From contig OZ024741.1 in the NCBI GenBank assembly GCA_964016885.1, positions 410,998,001 through 411,062,000 of the forward strand: a DNA stretch of 64,000 nt. The letters run 5' to 3'. The position numbers and the translations under genes were made by a program. The notes below the pieces were generated by a model. It did no database searches. It had not been told where the DNA came from and worked only from the letters and a program-made list of their open reading frames with translations. The stretch is from Eledone cirrhosa. Its lineage: Eukaryota. Every line of letters starts with the position of its first letter. Within the stretch, counting starts at the first letter, position 1. Below, in pieces: positions 27,150 to 38,602 of the stretch.

Positions 27150-30100
27150 CTACAGGCTGATATAGAGAGAAGACCCATTCACTCTGGCCATTCTCCCTAC
27201 TTTCACCCACCTTTCATAAAACTTGCTGGGGTAGAGCACCTCTCTCTCCATTCTGATCCTTCTTTTAAAATGGTATTTGAAAAAGGGGACCAGTTGTTGG
27301 CCGGAGAGAAAGGTGTCTGACCTCAGCCCTTTCAGCCTCGTCCACCATACAACTTCTTTAGCCATGGCTACCACACAGAGAAAAACCGCCTCTCCTTCGT
27401 TTTTGAAAGGGGGAGGCGGTTTGATCGTGACAATGGACTCGGTGGTCAACCGGATTGGTCCCACCCTCGACAGTAGTCGTTCCACATAGCCCCACAGGTC
27501 AGCAATGCCTGGGCAGTGTACGAATGCGTGCGCAACGGTTTCGTCATCATGCACGCATCTCGGACAGATCTTATTCAAAGGATCTCTACCCAGGCTCCCA
27601 TGCCTGTGGAGCTTGTCTCGAACGGGTAGAGCCCCTCGGTAGCACTGCCAAGCCAGGGACTTTTGGAAGTTGTCCATCGGTCCAGGGCCAAACGTCCTAC
27701 CGAACAGACTGGCCAGTTCATCTTCCTCCATGCCTAGAGCTTCTCCGAGAGCATCGTCGCACCTGCTGCGTACCAACCCTCTATAGAATGTCGAGGTGGA
27801 GTCTCCACTGATTGCCGGGTCCGCTTTCCAGAGGGCCGTGAGCGCCTGGGCACATTCAATGTGCCAGTCGCCCACTTTTCTCGGTCTTTGCTTGACCCAG
27901 GATTGCAGCTCGGTGAGCGAGACGAGTCTGGGAAAGGCTCGCCTCACAAACGGGGCCCACACCGGTTGACCGGTGAGGAATACCTGGAGGTGCCGTAGCC
28001 TTAATGCGTGTTTACGCATCTGTAGCCACGGCATCCCCAGCCCTCCTTTCGAAGGGTGTTGACAGCAGATGGATCTCCTCACCAAAGGGGTCCGCTTGTT
28101 CCAAAGAAATTGGAACAGCGCGCACTCCATTTTGGCGAGTCTTTTCACTGGGCAAGGCACGACGGTCAAGCGGTAGTAGATGACGGATGCTATATAAGTA
28201 TTCGCCACCTCCGCTCGACCTTTCAGGGATAGTTTGCACTGGGCCCACTTCTGGGTGAGTGCAAACACCCTGGCCGTTACCTCGTTCCAGTTTTTCTCCA
28301 CCTGGAGGTCTGGTCCGAACCAGACCCCAAGCAGCTTCACCGGGCCCTCCGTCCAGCGTCCGACGACGTCGTTGGAGGGCATCGGTTTGCCTCTCCATGT
28401 TCCGAGTTGCAAACCGACGGACTTGTCCCGGTTCAGCTTGGCTCCTGTAAACCTTTCATATTCCTCCAGTAAGGTGCCGATCTCACCGATTTGCGAGGTT
28501 TTCGACACCATTACTGTCACGTCATCGGCGTAGGCCGACGCCGCTTTCTGCAATCCCGGTTCCAAAGGGATGCCCTGCAACCGCTCCAACTTCCGCAGTA
28601 GTGGCTCAAGAGCCAGCACATACAGTAGGGAGGAGAGAGGGCATCCCTGTCGGATGGATCGCATGATTTGGAACGGCTCCGAGAGGTGGCCGTTCACCTT
28701 GACCCTTGAGCAGACGTTGCTGCTGTGCATCGCAGCAATCCAACCCCTGAAAACGGGTCCGAAGCCTGCCGCCGCGAGCACCGCATCCAGGTAACGATGG
28801 TCAACCCTATCGAAAGCTTTAGATTGATCCAAGTTGATCAGGGCCCCACCAAAGCCGGGTTCATTCCCTACCCTCTCTATGATGTATCGCATAAGGTGGA
28901 GATTGTCGTGAATGGACCTGGACGGGATTGCGCATGTCTGCGCTTCTCCCACCAGGTTTCCAACGACAAGCGCCAACCTCTTCGCTAACACCTTGGCCAA
29001 AATCTTTAACTCTGTATTTAGCAGAGTTATGGGCCTGAAGTTACTTATGTCATCCCCCTTGTTCTCATCCTTCCTCACCAGCGTAACTACGCCCTTGGTC
29101 ACAGAACTGGGAATTCTCCCGTTCTGCTGCCAGTTGCAGTAGACCGCTTCGAGGATATCGGAGAACAAGTCCGGCATCGCTACATATAGCTCGTATGGTA
29201 GACCATCGAGACCCGGGGATTTGCGTTTGCCGCATTGGCTCAGCGCCGCCCCTATCTCAGCAGCTGAAATCGTCCTTTCGCAGGACTTCGCCTCCGCGTC
29301 CGAGAGGCGCGGCAGACCGTCGAGGTATGGATTGAAATCCATAGTCTCACCCGGCACGCCGCCCCTCTCGAACAGTCGTGCAAAGTGCCGCTGAAAGGCC
29401 GCACACATCTGCCCAGGTTCAAGGATCACACGCCCATCCTGGTCCTTCAAAGACCGAATCGTGGACTTGTTCCCACTTTTTGCCTCTGTCACTCGGGCCC
29501 AGCTCACAGCTTTGGCTCCCTCATTACCCAGAGCACGTATTTTACTCCTGACAACGCAGCCTTCATGCTTCACCTCAAAGAACTGGTCTAAGGCCATTCT
29601 TGATGCCAGCACGCCGGCTACATTGCCACTCCTAATCGCCTCTTCTACTCTATCTACTAATTCCCTTTCCGTCTTGTTCCTATCCCTTGCTAATTCCTGA
29701 CTAAAACCTATCGATTCTATTCTAATTGCTCTCTTAAGAGAGCTCCACCACCTGTTGTTGACAATTGCCCCTGTCAAACTCTGCTTAACTAACGTGCTAA
29801 TCCGTTTACTGTAAGCTTTGCTTCTCGGTAAGGACAAGTTCAGCTTCCAGTAACCGGGTCCCTGTCTATGGGTTCTATCAAGGTTGGCTATGCAGGTCAC
29901 TAACTTGTGATCCGAATAGTCAACCATGAACATTTTTGGACAGCTAAATGTGTCCCTATCGTTCTCTCTAACTAGGACCCTATCTAGGTACGACCTAGAT
30001 GTTCCACTGCGATTGGTCCACGTCCATAGTGGTACAGTCGGAAAATCTAGTCGATATCTATCGGCCAGGTCAAATCGGCCGATTAACCTTTTGAGGCTTT

Positions 30101-30587
30101 TACACCCCCCTCTATTGGCACATGCCCCTACATAGTCCCAACGTGCATCCAGGATACCATTCCAGTCCCCCACTAAAAGCAAGGAGCGGGACGTTCCCAG
30201 AAAAGTTTCCAGACGTTGGAAGTATTCCGGCCGCGCTGCCCAAAAAGGGGCGTACACAGCTATTAGTCTAAGGGCTCCACTTTCACTACTGCCGACGTCT
30301 AAAACCACCAGTCGACCCTCCGGGTCCAGGTGCACCTTCTGTATGGCGAGGCCCAGGTGTTTTCGCAGCAGAACGACAACTCCACCCCCACCCCCCGGTT
30401 GACAGAGAGATGCGAAGATCTCAAAGTCGTCGAAGAGGGGCGCCAGTTGGTGCTCGCTGCTGATCCTGGACTCGCAAATAGCCATTACATCCATTCTATG
30501 CGACCTGAGATCGTTTAAAAGTTTGCCTTGTTTCCAAGACAGTCCCAGGCCACGTACATTCAGACACCCAACTCTTATATCAGCCAT
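27150..30587 (-). CDS. Tx1-type ORF2: APE endonuclease, reverse transcriptase and C-terminal zinc-binding domain (1145 aa, intact)
   Basis: EN motifs LNVRGL, VYAP, GDWN, YLDRV, SDH. Linker GPGYWKLN. RT motifs KSPGLDG, FRPITLLN, DQSKAFDRV, IRQGCPLS, YADD. C-terminal CPRC..ETVAHAFVHC. Confidence 0.96.
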   Translation of the reverse strand: MADIRVGCLNVRGLGLSWKQGKLLNDLRSHRMDVMAICESRISSEHQLAPLFDDFEIFASLCQPGGGGGVVVLLRKHLGLAIQKVHLDPEGRLVVLDVGSSESGALRLIAVYAPFWAARPEYFQRLETFLGTSRSLLLVGDWNGILDARWDYVGACANRGGCKSLKRLIGRFDLADRYRLDFPTVPLWTWTNRSGTSRSYLDRVLVRENDRDTFSCPKMFMVDYSDHKLVTCIANLDRTHRQGPGYWKLNLSLPRSKAYSKRISTLVKQSLTGAIVNNRWWSSLKRAIRIESIGFSQELARDRNKTERELVDRVEEAIRSGNVAGVLASRMALDQFFEVKHEGCVVRSKIRALGNEGAKAVSWARVTEAKSGNKSTIRSLKDQDGRVILEPGQMCAAFQRHFARLFERGGVPGETMDFNPYLDGLPRLSDAEAKSCERTISAAEIGAALSQCGKRKSPGLDGLPYELYVAMPDLFSDILEAVYCNWQQNGRIPSSVTKGVVTLVRKDENKGDDISNFRPITLLNTELKILAKVLAKRLALVVGNLVGEAQTCAIPSRSIHDNLHLMRYIIERVGNEPGFGGALINLDQSKAFDRVDHRYLDAVLAAAGFGPVFRGWIAAMHSSNVCSRVKVNGHLSEPFQIMRSIRQGCPLSSLLYVLALEPLLRKLERLQGIPLEPGLQKAASAYADDVTVMVSKTSQIGEIGTLLEEYERFTGAKLNRDKSVGLQLGTWRGKPMPSNDVVGRWTEGPVKLLGVWFGPDLQVEKNWNEVTARVFALTQKWAQCKLSLKGRAEVANTYIASVIYYRLTVVPCPVKRLAKMECALFQFLWNKRTPLVRRSICCQHPSKGGLGMPWLQMRKHALRLRHLQVFLTGQPVWAPFVRRAFPRLVSLTELQSWVKQRPRKVGDWHIECAQALTALWKADPAISGDSTSTFYRGLVRSRCDDALGEALGMEEDELASLFGRTFGPGPMDNFQKSLAWQCYRGALPVRDKLHRHGSLGRDPLNKICPRCVHDDETVAHAFVHCPGIADLWGYVERLLSRVGPIRLTTESIVTIKPPPPFKNEGEAVFLCVVAMAKEVVWWTRLKGLRSDTFLSGQQLVPFFKYHFKRRIRMEREVLYPSKFYERWVKVGRMARVNGSSLYISL

Positions 30588-30608
30588 GTTGGTTAAAAGA
30601 GGAAGGAC

Positions 30609-32331
30609 CTACCTGTTCGGCTCCTGAGGAGCAGGTTGCACAATATCCATGGGCGTATTGGAGGGGTTGTTTGGTGGGGTGTTGTTCTGTGGTGGAGTGG
30701 GGGTGTTTGGTGAGGTGTGGGTGGGGAAACGTTTCAAGAGGACGCGGTTATAGGGTCGAGTACATGTTTTCCCCACGTCCTCAGGAAAGTTCTCTCTTAG
30801 TTTTGCATAGGTGTCCATTGGGAGTCTTATCATTTTTAAATGCGGTTTGTTGGCCGCACTTGCAAAGAATTGCCCTTCAGTTTCCACCGAAGGGTCTTTG
30901 TGTATTGTTTTTACTAGTTCTTTGTTATTTGTGTTAATGTATGTATACTGTTTTATTTGTGTTGTGTTTGTTTGTTGTTCTTGTGTGTGCTTACGTTTTG
31001 TTGTATGTGTTATGTTTTGGGGTGGGGCGGATTTTGTTTGTTCTGTTTGTTTTGTTTTTGTTGGTGGTTGTGTGTTTGTTTCGTTTATGTTCGAGTGGTG
31101 CTTTCTTTTTTTCCTTTTTACAGGTTCGAAGGGTTCCCCCTCTTCGTCACTAGGTGCCGTTTCAGCTGGGTCCTCGTCCGTGCTGTCGGGTAGTGGTGTA
31201 TTTTGGGGTTTTTTTGTATTTGTGTGTTTTGGGAGTTGTTTTGGGTGGGGCCGTGTCTTGTGTTATTTTTCCGTGTTGTTTTTGTTGTTGTTGTGGTGGT
31301 GGTGGTGGAGGTGGCGGTGGTGGTGTGTGGGGTGTAGGCAAAAGAGCCTTTTTTTTTGTCAATTGAGGACAAGCAGCCCTTAGATGACCCCTGCTTGAAC
31401 AGTAGTAACATATGGGCCTCCTACCCTCGGCTGAAATGTATATAAATGTTTCTCCATCGAGGGACACCCTCTATGGTATTCTAGCTATTCGTTCTGGTCT
31501 CATTTGGACCAGAACCTCCACGCTCAAACCGCCGAAAACGTCTGTGGTGACTTCTCCTACTGAGAGGATTCCGTCCTCGTCTTCTAAAAATCCTGTTAGT
31601 ACCCAGGAAATGCATGCATTTGGCCGGATTCCGGAGACCCTTATTTTCTGCGTTCTTTTCCCTAAATATGTGGGGAAAAATGTATGTAGCTTGGAAACAA
31701 TTGGCGCCACAGAGTATTTCCTGGCCGTCAATTGATTCTTCATTAGGACCGTTATATTCCCATAGAGTGGCCCTTTTTGTATGAACGATATATCACTCCA
31801 CACATTTTTTAGGACCAGCTCAATCTCTTTTTGGGATAATTGAGCTGGTTTCCTTGTTATGTTGGAAATTGTTCTGAAAGATATCGTTCTTAGCGTCATG
31901 TCTCTTTTGATTTCTTGTGGGGAGGTGATTGTGAAGTCTCCTCCTTCTTTGAAAGTTACATACTGTTTTGCTTCCTTCATCTTTTCTCTCAGAGTTGTAA
32001 TGTCCAGTTGCTTGCAGGTTTGTGTTTTCCGGACCGCCTGTGCAAAGGAGGCACCAGTAGCGGGTTCGCTTTGTTTGGTGTTCTCGTTATTTTTTCCTTG
32101 GTTGGTGTTGTGACTATTGCTGTTATTGTCGTTGTTGTTTTTGTCTGCGTTTATGTGACTTTCTGGGTTTTCACCCATTTTTACAAATTTTTCTTTTAAT
32201 TCCGTGTTCCATGTTTCTTTTGCAGAAGTGAGGAGGGAAGACTTAGAGCCTTGTGCTTCTAGCTTCTCTGTATCACCTTTCTTAGGGGGCGTGGCTTTCA
32301 CGTTAGGATGAGATGTGAAAATTCCGTCCAT
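30609..32331 (-). pseudogene. Tx1-type ORF1 (gag-like, CX2CX4HX4C knuckle), disrupted
   Basis: ORFs 31471-32424 and 31162-31467 are in one frame, separated by a single TAG (31471-31473). Knuckle CYYCSSRGHLRAAC. The C-terminal part (..PDSTDEDPAETAPSDEE..PAPQEPNR*) is in another frame, implying a frameshift near 31200-31260. Confidence 0.82.
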
Positions 32332-32945
32332 TTCTATTAGTTTGCCGTAATAAGTTTTTAACTGGAAAATTCGCCCCAAAAAGGGGCGAAAATAAATAAA
32401 CTCAAAGTTTGACGACCAAGGCAAGGGGTTAACGTATATTACAGTATAAAAAATTAATCAAAACTCACTTTTGAGTAAGTAAATCCGACTCAGTAGCTGA
32501 GCTTGTTCACACACGTCTCTCGTATACGAGATGTTATGTGAGATATTATGTGAGGTAAAGCCTTTACTGTGAAAATACAACAGTATATATAGAGTAATGT
32601 AAATGTTATGTGAGATATTATGTGAGGTAAAGCCTTTACTGTGAAAATACAACAGTATATATAGAGTACTGTAAATGTTATGTGAGATATTATGTGAGGT
32701 AAAACCTTTACTGTGAAAATACAATAATATATATAGAGTAATGTAAATGTTATGTGATATATTAAGTGAGGTAAAACCTTTACTGTGAAAATATAATAGT
32801 ATATATAGAGTAATGTAAATGTTATGTGAGATATTATGTGTGGTAAACCTTTACTGTGAAAATACAATAGTATATATAGAGTAATGTAAATGTTATGTGA
32901 GGTATTATGTGAGGTAAAACCTTTACTGTGATAATACAATAGTAT

Positions 32946-33685
32946 CATCATCATCATCATCAACGTTTAACGTCCGTGTTCCACGCTTGCATGGGTTTGG
33001 ACGGGGGTAGTCCCACTTGAGGCAAGAGTGATTGTCTTGCTCGCATAGGACTGTCTGGCAGGTTTTCTACAGTTGGATGCCCTTCCTAACACCAACCACA
33101 TTTACAGTGTGGGTCTGGGAGGTTTTTACCGTGTTGCCTACACGGCCACATTACAGCGTGGACTGTCTGTTTTTTTGTCGTGACACCTACACAATCTCAT
33201 TTGTTTTGGCCTGGATGGCGCGGCACCAACATAACTTTACATAGAACGGGGTGGTGTGGATGGGGTGGGGGTGGTGGCGGGACGGGGTGTATTTTGTTAG
33301 AGATGCCTACTGGCAAGGCGGGTCTTCTCTGTTACTGAGTACCGCCAAAGGTCTCGGTCCAGTGACATTGTCTTGGAGAGGTGTAAGTGTGTGAGGTCGG
33401 AGTTTATCAGCTCGTCCCAGGTTTTTCTAGGTCTGCCTATTCCGTGGCTACCGTCTATCTTTATTGCCCTGCACTTTGTTATACAGCTATCGACTTTCAT
33501 GCGCATCACGTGTCCATACCAACGTAGCCTTCTCTTGAGTAAACAACATCTGATCCCTCTTATCTCTAATTTTTTCCTTAGTTCGTTTATGCTTTGCCGT
33601 TCACGTATATTACTGTTACACATCTAGCGGAGCATGCAAGCTTCGTTCCTCTCTAGTCTGCGTATATCCTCTGCACACAATGCCC
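32946..33685 (-). mobile_element. 5'-truncated RTE-clade LINE (subfamily A) with (GAT)n tail
   Basis: C-terminal RTE motifs RRLRWYGHVMRM and GRPRKTW. The tail abuts the array at AATAGTAT|CATCAT, and the array resumes at AGTATATATAG. Confidence 0.9.
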
Positions 33686-34557
33686 AGTATATATAGAGTA
33701 ATGTAAATGTTATGTGAGATATTAAGTGAGGTAAAGCCTTTACTGTGAAAATACAATAGTATATATAGAGTAACGTAAATGTTATGTGATATATTAAGTG
33801 AGGTAAAGCCTTTACTGTGAAAATATAATAGTATATATAGAGTAATGTAAATGTTATGTGAGATATTATGCGAGATAAAGCCTTTACTGTGAAAATACAA
33901 TAGTATATATAGAGTAATGTAAATGTTATGTGAGATATTAAGTGAGGTAAAGCCTTTACTGTGAAAATACAATAGTATATATAGAGTAATGTAAATGTTA
34001 TGTGATATATTAAGTGAGGTAAAGCCTTTACTGTGAAAATACAATAGTACATATAGAGTAATGTAAATGTTATGTGATATATTAAGTGAGATAAAGCCTT
34101 TACTGTGAAAATACAATAGTATATATAGAGTAATGTAAATGTTATGTGAGATATTATGTGAGGTAAAGACTTTACTGTGAAAATACAATAGTATATATAG
34201 AGTAATGTAAATGTTATGAGAGATATTATGTGAGGTAAAGCCTTTACTGTGAAAATACAATAGTATATATAGAGTAATAATAATGAAATTATTGTGTACA
34301 GTGCTCAGGTGCACTACAACTCATCAAAGGTGCATGTATAGTACATAGAATAATGTACAAATGTCAGGAAAATGAACAGTGTATGAGTCATGATATAATA
34401 ACAATAACAATAATGAAATATTGTGTACAGTGCCCAGGTGCACCACAACTCATCAAAAAAGTGTATGTATAGTACATAGGGCAATGCACAAACATCAGTA
34501 AAATGAACGGTGCACGAGTCATGATACACACGTGTGCATGTGTATGGAAGGGGTACA

Positions 34558-36790
34558 TCAGGTGTAGTTTTGGCGTATTTCGGGAAGCATGAGTGTCTTA
34601 AAGGATGCAGTGTCTCGGCAGCTAACAATTGACGCAGGCAGTTTGTTCCATGCTTCAGCAACTCTGAGCGTGAAAAAATGTCTGCGAAAGTCATGGGAGC
34701 TGTGCTGTTTTCTTATCTTGTAGGCATGTCCACGTGTGTTCGACACATGGAGATCAAAGAGGCGCTCAGGGTTGCAGTTGGCGAGATGGTTAAAAACTTT
34801 GAGGGTATTCACCAAGTCCATTGCCAGACGTCGGAGCTTCAATGAATCCATGCCCAGGGAAGCAAGGCGTTCAGAGTATGGTAGGTGTCTGATGGAGGGT
34901 ATGCGCTTGGTTGCACGTCTCTGAACAGTTTCCAGGAGGTCAATGTTCCGAGCAAGATAGGGGTTCCAGACTGATGATGCGAATTCCAAGTGTGGTCGCA
35001 CCATAGCTGTATACAGTTTTAAATAGATGGCTGGAGAGCGGCTAACAAAGGTCTTGCTGAGAGATGCCAAGACACCCTCGGCCTTCTTGACAATCTTAGA
35101 GACATGCTTTGTCCAACGCAAATCGTTGCTGACAGTAATGCCCAGGTCACGTTCACAAGAGGACTTTTTGATGTCAGTGTTGTGGAGGGAGTATGTGGAC
35201 GCTGGACTTTTCCTTCCAAAATGCATGGTGGTACACTTGTCCACAGCCAGCTTCAGTTGCCAGTCTGTGATCCATTGCTGCATTGTGTCCAGGTCTGACT
35301 GTAGGAAAGAGTTGTTAATTTCAGGATCAGTCCTTTTGATTTCAAGGTACAGCTTGATGTCATCTGCATATTTTAGTACCGTGGCATTCTGTAAGTTGGC
35401 ATCTATGTCATTAATATATGCCACAAACAAAAGAGGACCAAGAACAGATCCCTGTGGTACACCAGATGACATCTCATATGGTGAAGAATGCTGTCCTAGA
35501 ACCGTGACTACTTCCTTTCGGCTGAGAATGAAGGATTTCAGCCAGTCGAAAAGATCATCCCTCACACCCATAAGTCTTTTGTGTGGCACAGAATTAAAAG
35601 CCTTAGCAAAGTCAAGGTAAACAACATCCACCCATGAGCCGTTGTCAGTGATCCGGGTGATGTCCTCAAGGAACTCAATAAGCTGATCACAGCAGCTGGA
35701 GTTAGGGATAAATCAAACTGTGAGGGCCGGATGAGGCTGTGAGAGCTCCAGAAGTTCCAAAGTGTTTCTCTGACACAGGATTCCATCAGTTTGGCCATAC
35801 AGCTAGTAAGACTGACTGGACGATAGTTGACAGGTGACATGCGGTTGCCCTTTTTGAACAGGGGAATGACACTGGCAGTTTTCCACTGCTCCGGAGTAGC
35901 ACCATTGCTGAGACAGTATTGAAAGAAAAAAGAAAGCTGGCGCAAAAGGAAATCCTCGCCACGTTTGAGAAGCAGGTATGTCACACCATCAAGACCAGGG
36001 GAGGCATAGTTGCGCTTATTCTTAAGGTGACGTCGCAACATTGCAGGTGTAAATTCCATAGTTGTTATGGAATTTGATGTTAGAGATGGTGGAGATGGTA
36101 CATTCTGGTTTTCAACCGTAAAAATACTTGCATAGCACTCAGCAATGAGTTCTGCGCATTCCTTGGGATCGTCAGTGATCTGGCTTGTGTGGGGATTGCG
36201 AAGAGGACCAACTGGAGAGTGAGGTCTCTGCTTTGAATGAACATATTTCCAGAACACCTTACAGTCAGGATTGGTTGCGATGCACTGTTCAAATTCAAGC
36301 ACTGCCTTCTTTGTCACTTGCTTGAGATGGTTAGAAGATTTATTCCGCTTTTTTCTGTTGGCATCCGATTGAAGTCACCTGCAATAAACACATAAGTGGC
36401 TGTTTTCTTGGCAGCAACTCTGAGGATATCGCAAAGCTGTGTGTCCTGATGGTAGTTTGGGGGGCGATAAACAACACCAAGCAGAAGTGTTGACATGGTC
36501 ATATGTATGTCACAGAAAAAAACTTCTTCCTGTGATTCGTTCAAATCAACGCAAGGAATTACCGAAAAGTTTGAACGAGCGTAGACCATCACACCACCAC
36601 CACGGCGGTTAATGCGGTCCTTGCGGAAAAGGTTGTACCCAGTAATGGTGAAAACCCCATCACAGAGTAAGGAATGTGCCCATGTTTCCGTGACTGTGAT
36701 GAAGTCAGGGTCGATGCTTCTGACGTAGGATTCGAACAGATGTATCTTGTTGCATAAACTGCGAGCATTTAAGGACAACAATTTGTACCC
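34558..36790 (-). pseudogene. CR1 ORF2 (EN-RT), broken
   Basis: EN stops right after GDFN (~36368) and is fused out of frame to the pre-RT linker. A 1-nt frameshift at the expected QFGF motif (~35717). A probable short deletion at PHKRLM|GVR. Confidence 0.88.
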
Positions 36791-36837
36791 TGCTCGCAGT
36801 TTATGATGGTGTGTAGAGGGTGGCAGGTTGTTCTGGT

Positions 36838-38189
36838 TTAGTTTCCCAGAGTTGTAGCAGTTTTTACATCGCCAGTTATTGTGGGTAGATCACACTCAGA
36901 CCAGCTGGTATCTCTCTTCCACGTTTCACCAGCCTTGACAAACCTCCAGATCTGCCCATCATCACGCAGACTGAAACTTTCATCTTGTGCTGAGTTCCGA
37001 TTCAAGGAAGCTGCAGCACGTAGTTTTGGACGTACATGGGGTGGTAGGCCTGGGCGTGTTCGGAAGGTAATCCGATTTTCACGCCCAGCTTTAGCAGAGG
37101 CCAGATGATATGAGGTTGCCTCTGCGGGGTCCGAGAAAGACAGCCTGATGAGTCTGGGTTTTGGACCAGGTCGACCAAGGCGGAGGGCACCCTTTGGGGG
37201 AACACAGCCTAGGTCTTTGGCTGAGCTGGCAGCAAATGCCTGAAGATCAGCCTTGTCCTCTGGTACCCCAATGGCAATCACTTCATGGGTAGCAGATTCC
37301 GCAGTCTTTTCAGCAAGAGGTACAGGGAGATTCTTTAGCAAGGCATTCCGATAAGACCCCTCATTGTGGGGTCCTACCCGAATGCTTGCCTCTATTCCTG
37401 CAACTTCCCTTCTCAGAGCAGAAATCATTAGTTGCAGTTCCGCAAAATCTGTACTGGTCGGTTGTTGTTGTTGTTGTTGTTGCTGCTGCTGCTGTCGTTG
37501 TTGGTGATGATGATGCTCCTCCACGGGAATGGCAGGGGAGGACACAGTCGCAGGATGTTGCTGTTGTTGTTGATGTTGGTGATGATGAAGTTCCTTAACG
37601 GGAATGGCAGGGGAGGACACAGTCGCAGGTTGTTGGTGATGATGATGTTCCTCCACGGGAATGGTAGGGGAAGACACAGTCACCAGTTGTTGGTGTCGAG
37701 ATGTACTGGGAGTGGAAGACATGGGTTGTTGTTGTTTCTGATGTTCTCCCACAGGAATAACAGTAGAAGCCAGTGTCATAGGTTTTTGCCGTTGTTCAGT
37801 AACAATGGTAGAGGAAGACACAGTCATTGGTTTTTGTTGTTGTTGTTGTTTTTCAATAACATTAATAACATTAGTGGAGGCAGGCACACAGGCCAGACAC
37901 TGAAAGGACCAGGATTTTAGCTGGACTATCTCCCATATTCCATCCATCATAGCATTATGATGTCTCTTTTTTTGGCCTGGGATCCTCCGGAAGCCTGTGG
38001 CGCATTGAAGGCAGACAGAGATGCGACAGGTTCCACATTCGACCCAGCGATTACGGAACGAGTTTTCGGGTTCCGCACAGATATGGCAGATGTGATTTTC
38101 TGGGCAATGTTCTATTTTGGGACATCGGCCGGTTTTGTCGCATATTTCATCATGGATATCACCATGGCAATTTTGTTATTTCTACCCAT
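36838..38189 (-). pseudogene. CR1 ORF1 with N-terminal PHD-like Cys-rich finger and polyQ/polyH repeats
   Basis: The frame of ORF 36838-37950 stays open upstream: CHIC-x12-CGTC-x4-CLQC...WSFQCLAC. The ATG at 38189 is one base out of frame (A-run near 38171-38174). Confidence 0.8.
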
Positions 38190-38602
38190 CCGTAGAAAAA
38201 CACAGAATGTAAACAATATAGGTTTAGCGCACTCGATTACGATAGAAATAAAATGTAAATGTTATGTGAGATATTATGTGAGGTAAAGCCTTTACTGTGA
38301 AAATACAATAGTATATATAGAGTAATGTAAATGTTATGTGAGATATTATGTGAGGTAAAACCTTTACTGTGTAAATACAATAGTATAAATAGAGTAATGT
38401 AAATGTTATGTGAGATATTATGTGAGGTAAAGCCTTTACTGTGTAAATACAATAGTATATATAGAGTAATGTAAATGTTATGTGAGATATTATGTGAGAT
38501 AAAGCCTTTACTGTGTAAATACAATAGTATATATAGAGTAATGTAAATGTTATGTGATATATTAAGTGAGGTAAAGCCTTTACTGTGAAAATATAATAGT
38601 AT

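Larger units (their letters stand above)
26913..32530 (-). mobile_element. apparently full-length Tx1/L1-clade non-LTR retrotransposon
   Basis: 5' UTR, ORF1 with a CCHC knuckle, intact ORF2, and a 3' UTR ending AATAAAGAAACC. It interrupts the 72-bp array. Confidence 0.93.
34276..38251 (-). mobile_element. CR1-clade LINE copy 1 (5' end present, internally deleted and frameshifted)
   Basis: ORF1, a partial APE endonuclease (LNARSL, TETW, YRPP, GDFN), and RT with VYLDFAKAF, VPQGSVLGPLLF, YADD, ERDLG, VQRRATK, TRGH, WNKLP. (TTA)n-type tail. Confidence 0.94.
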
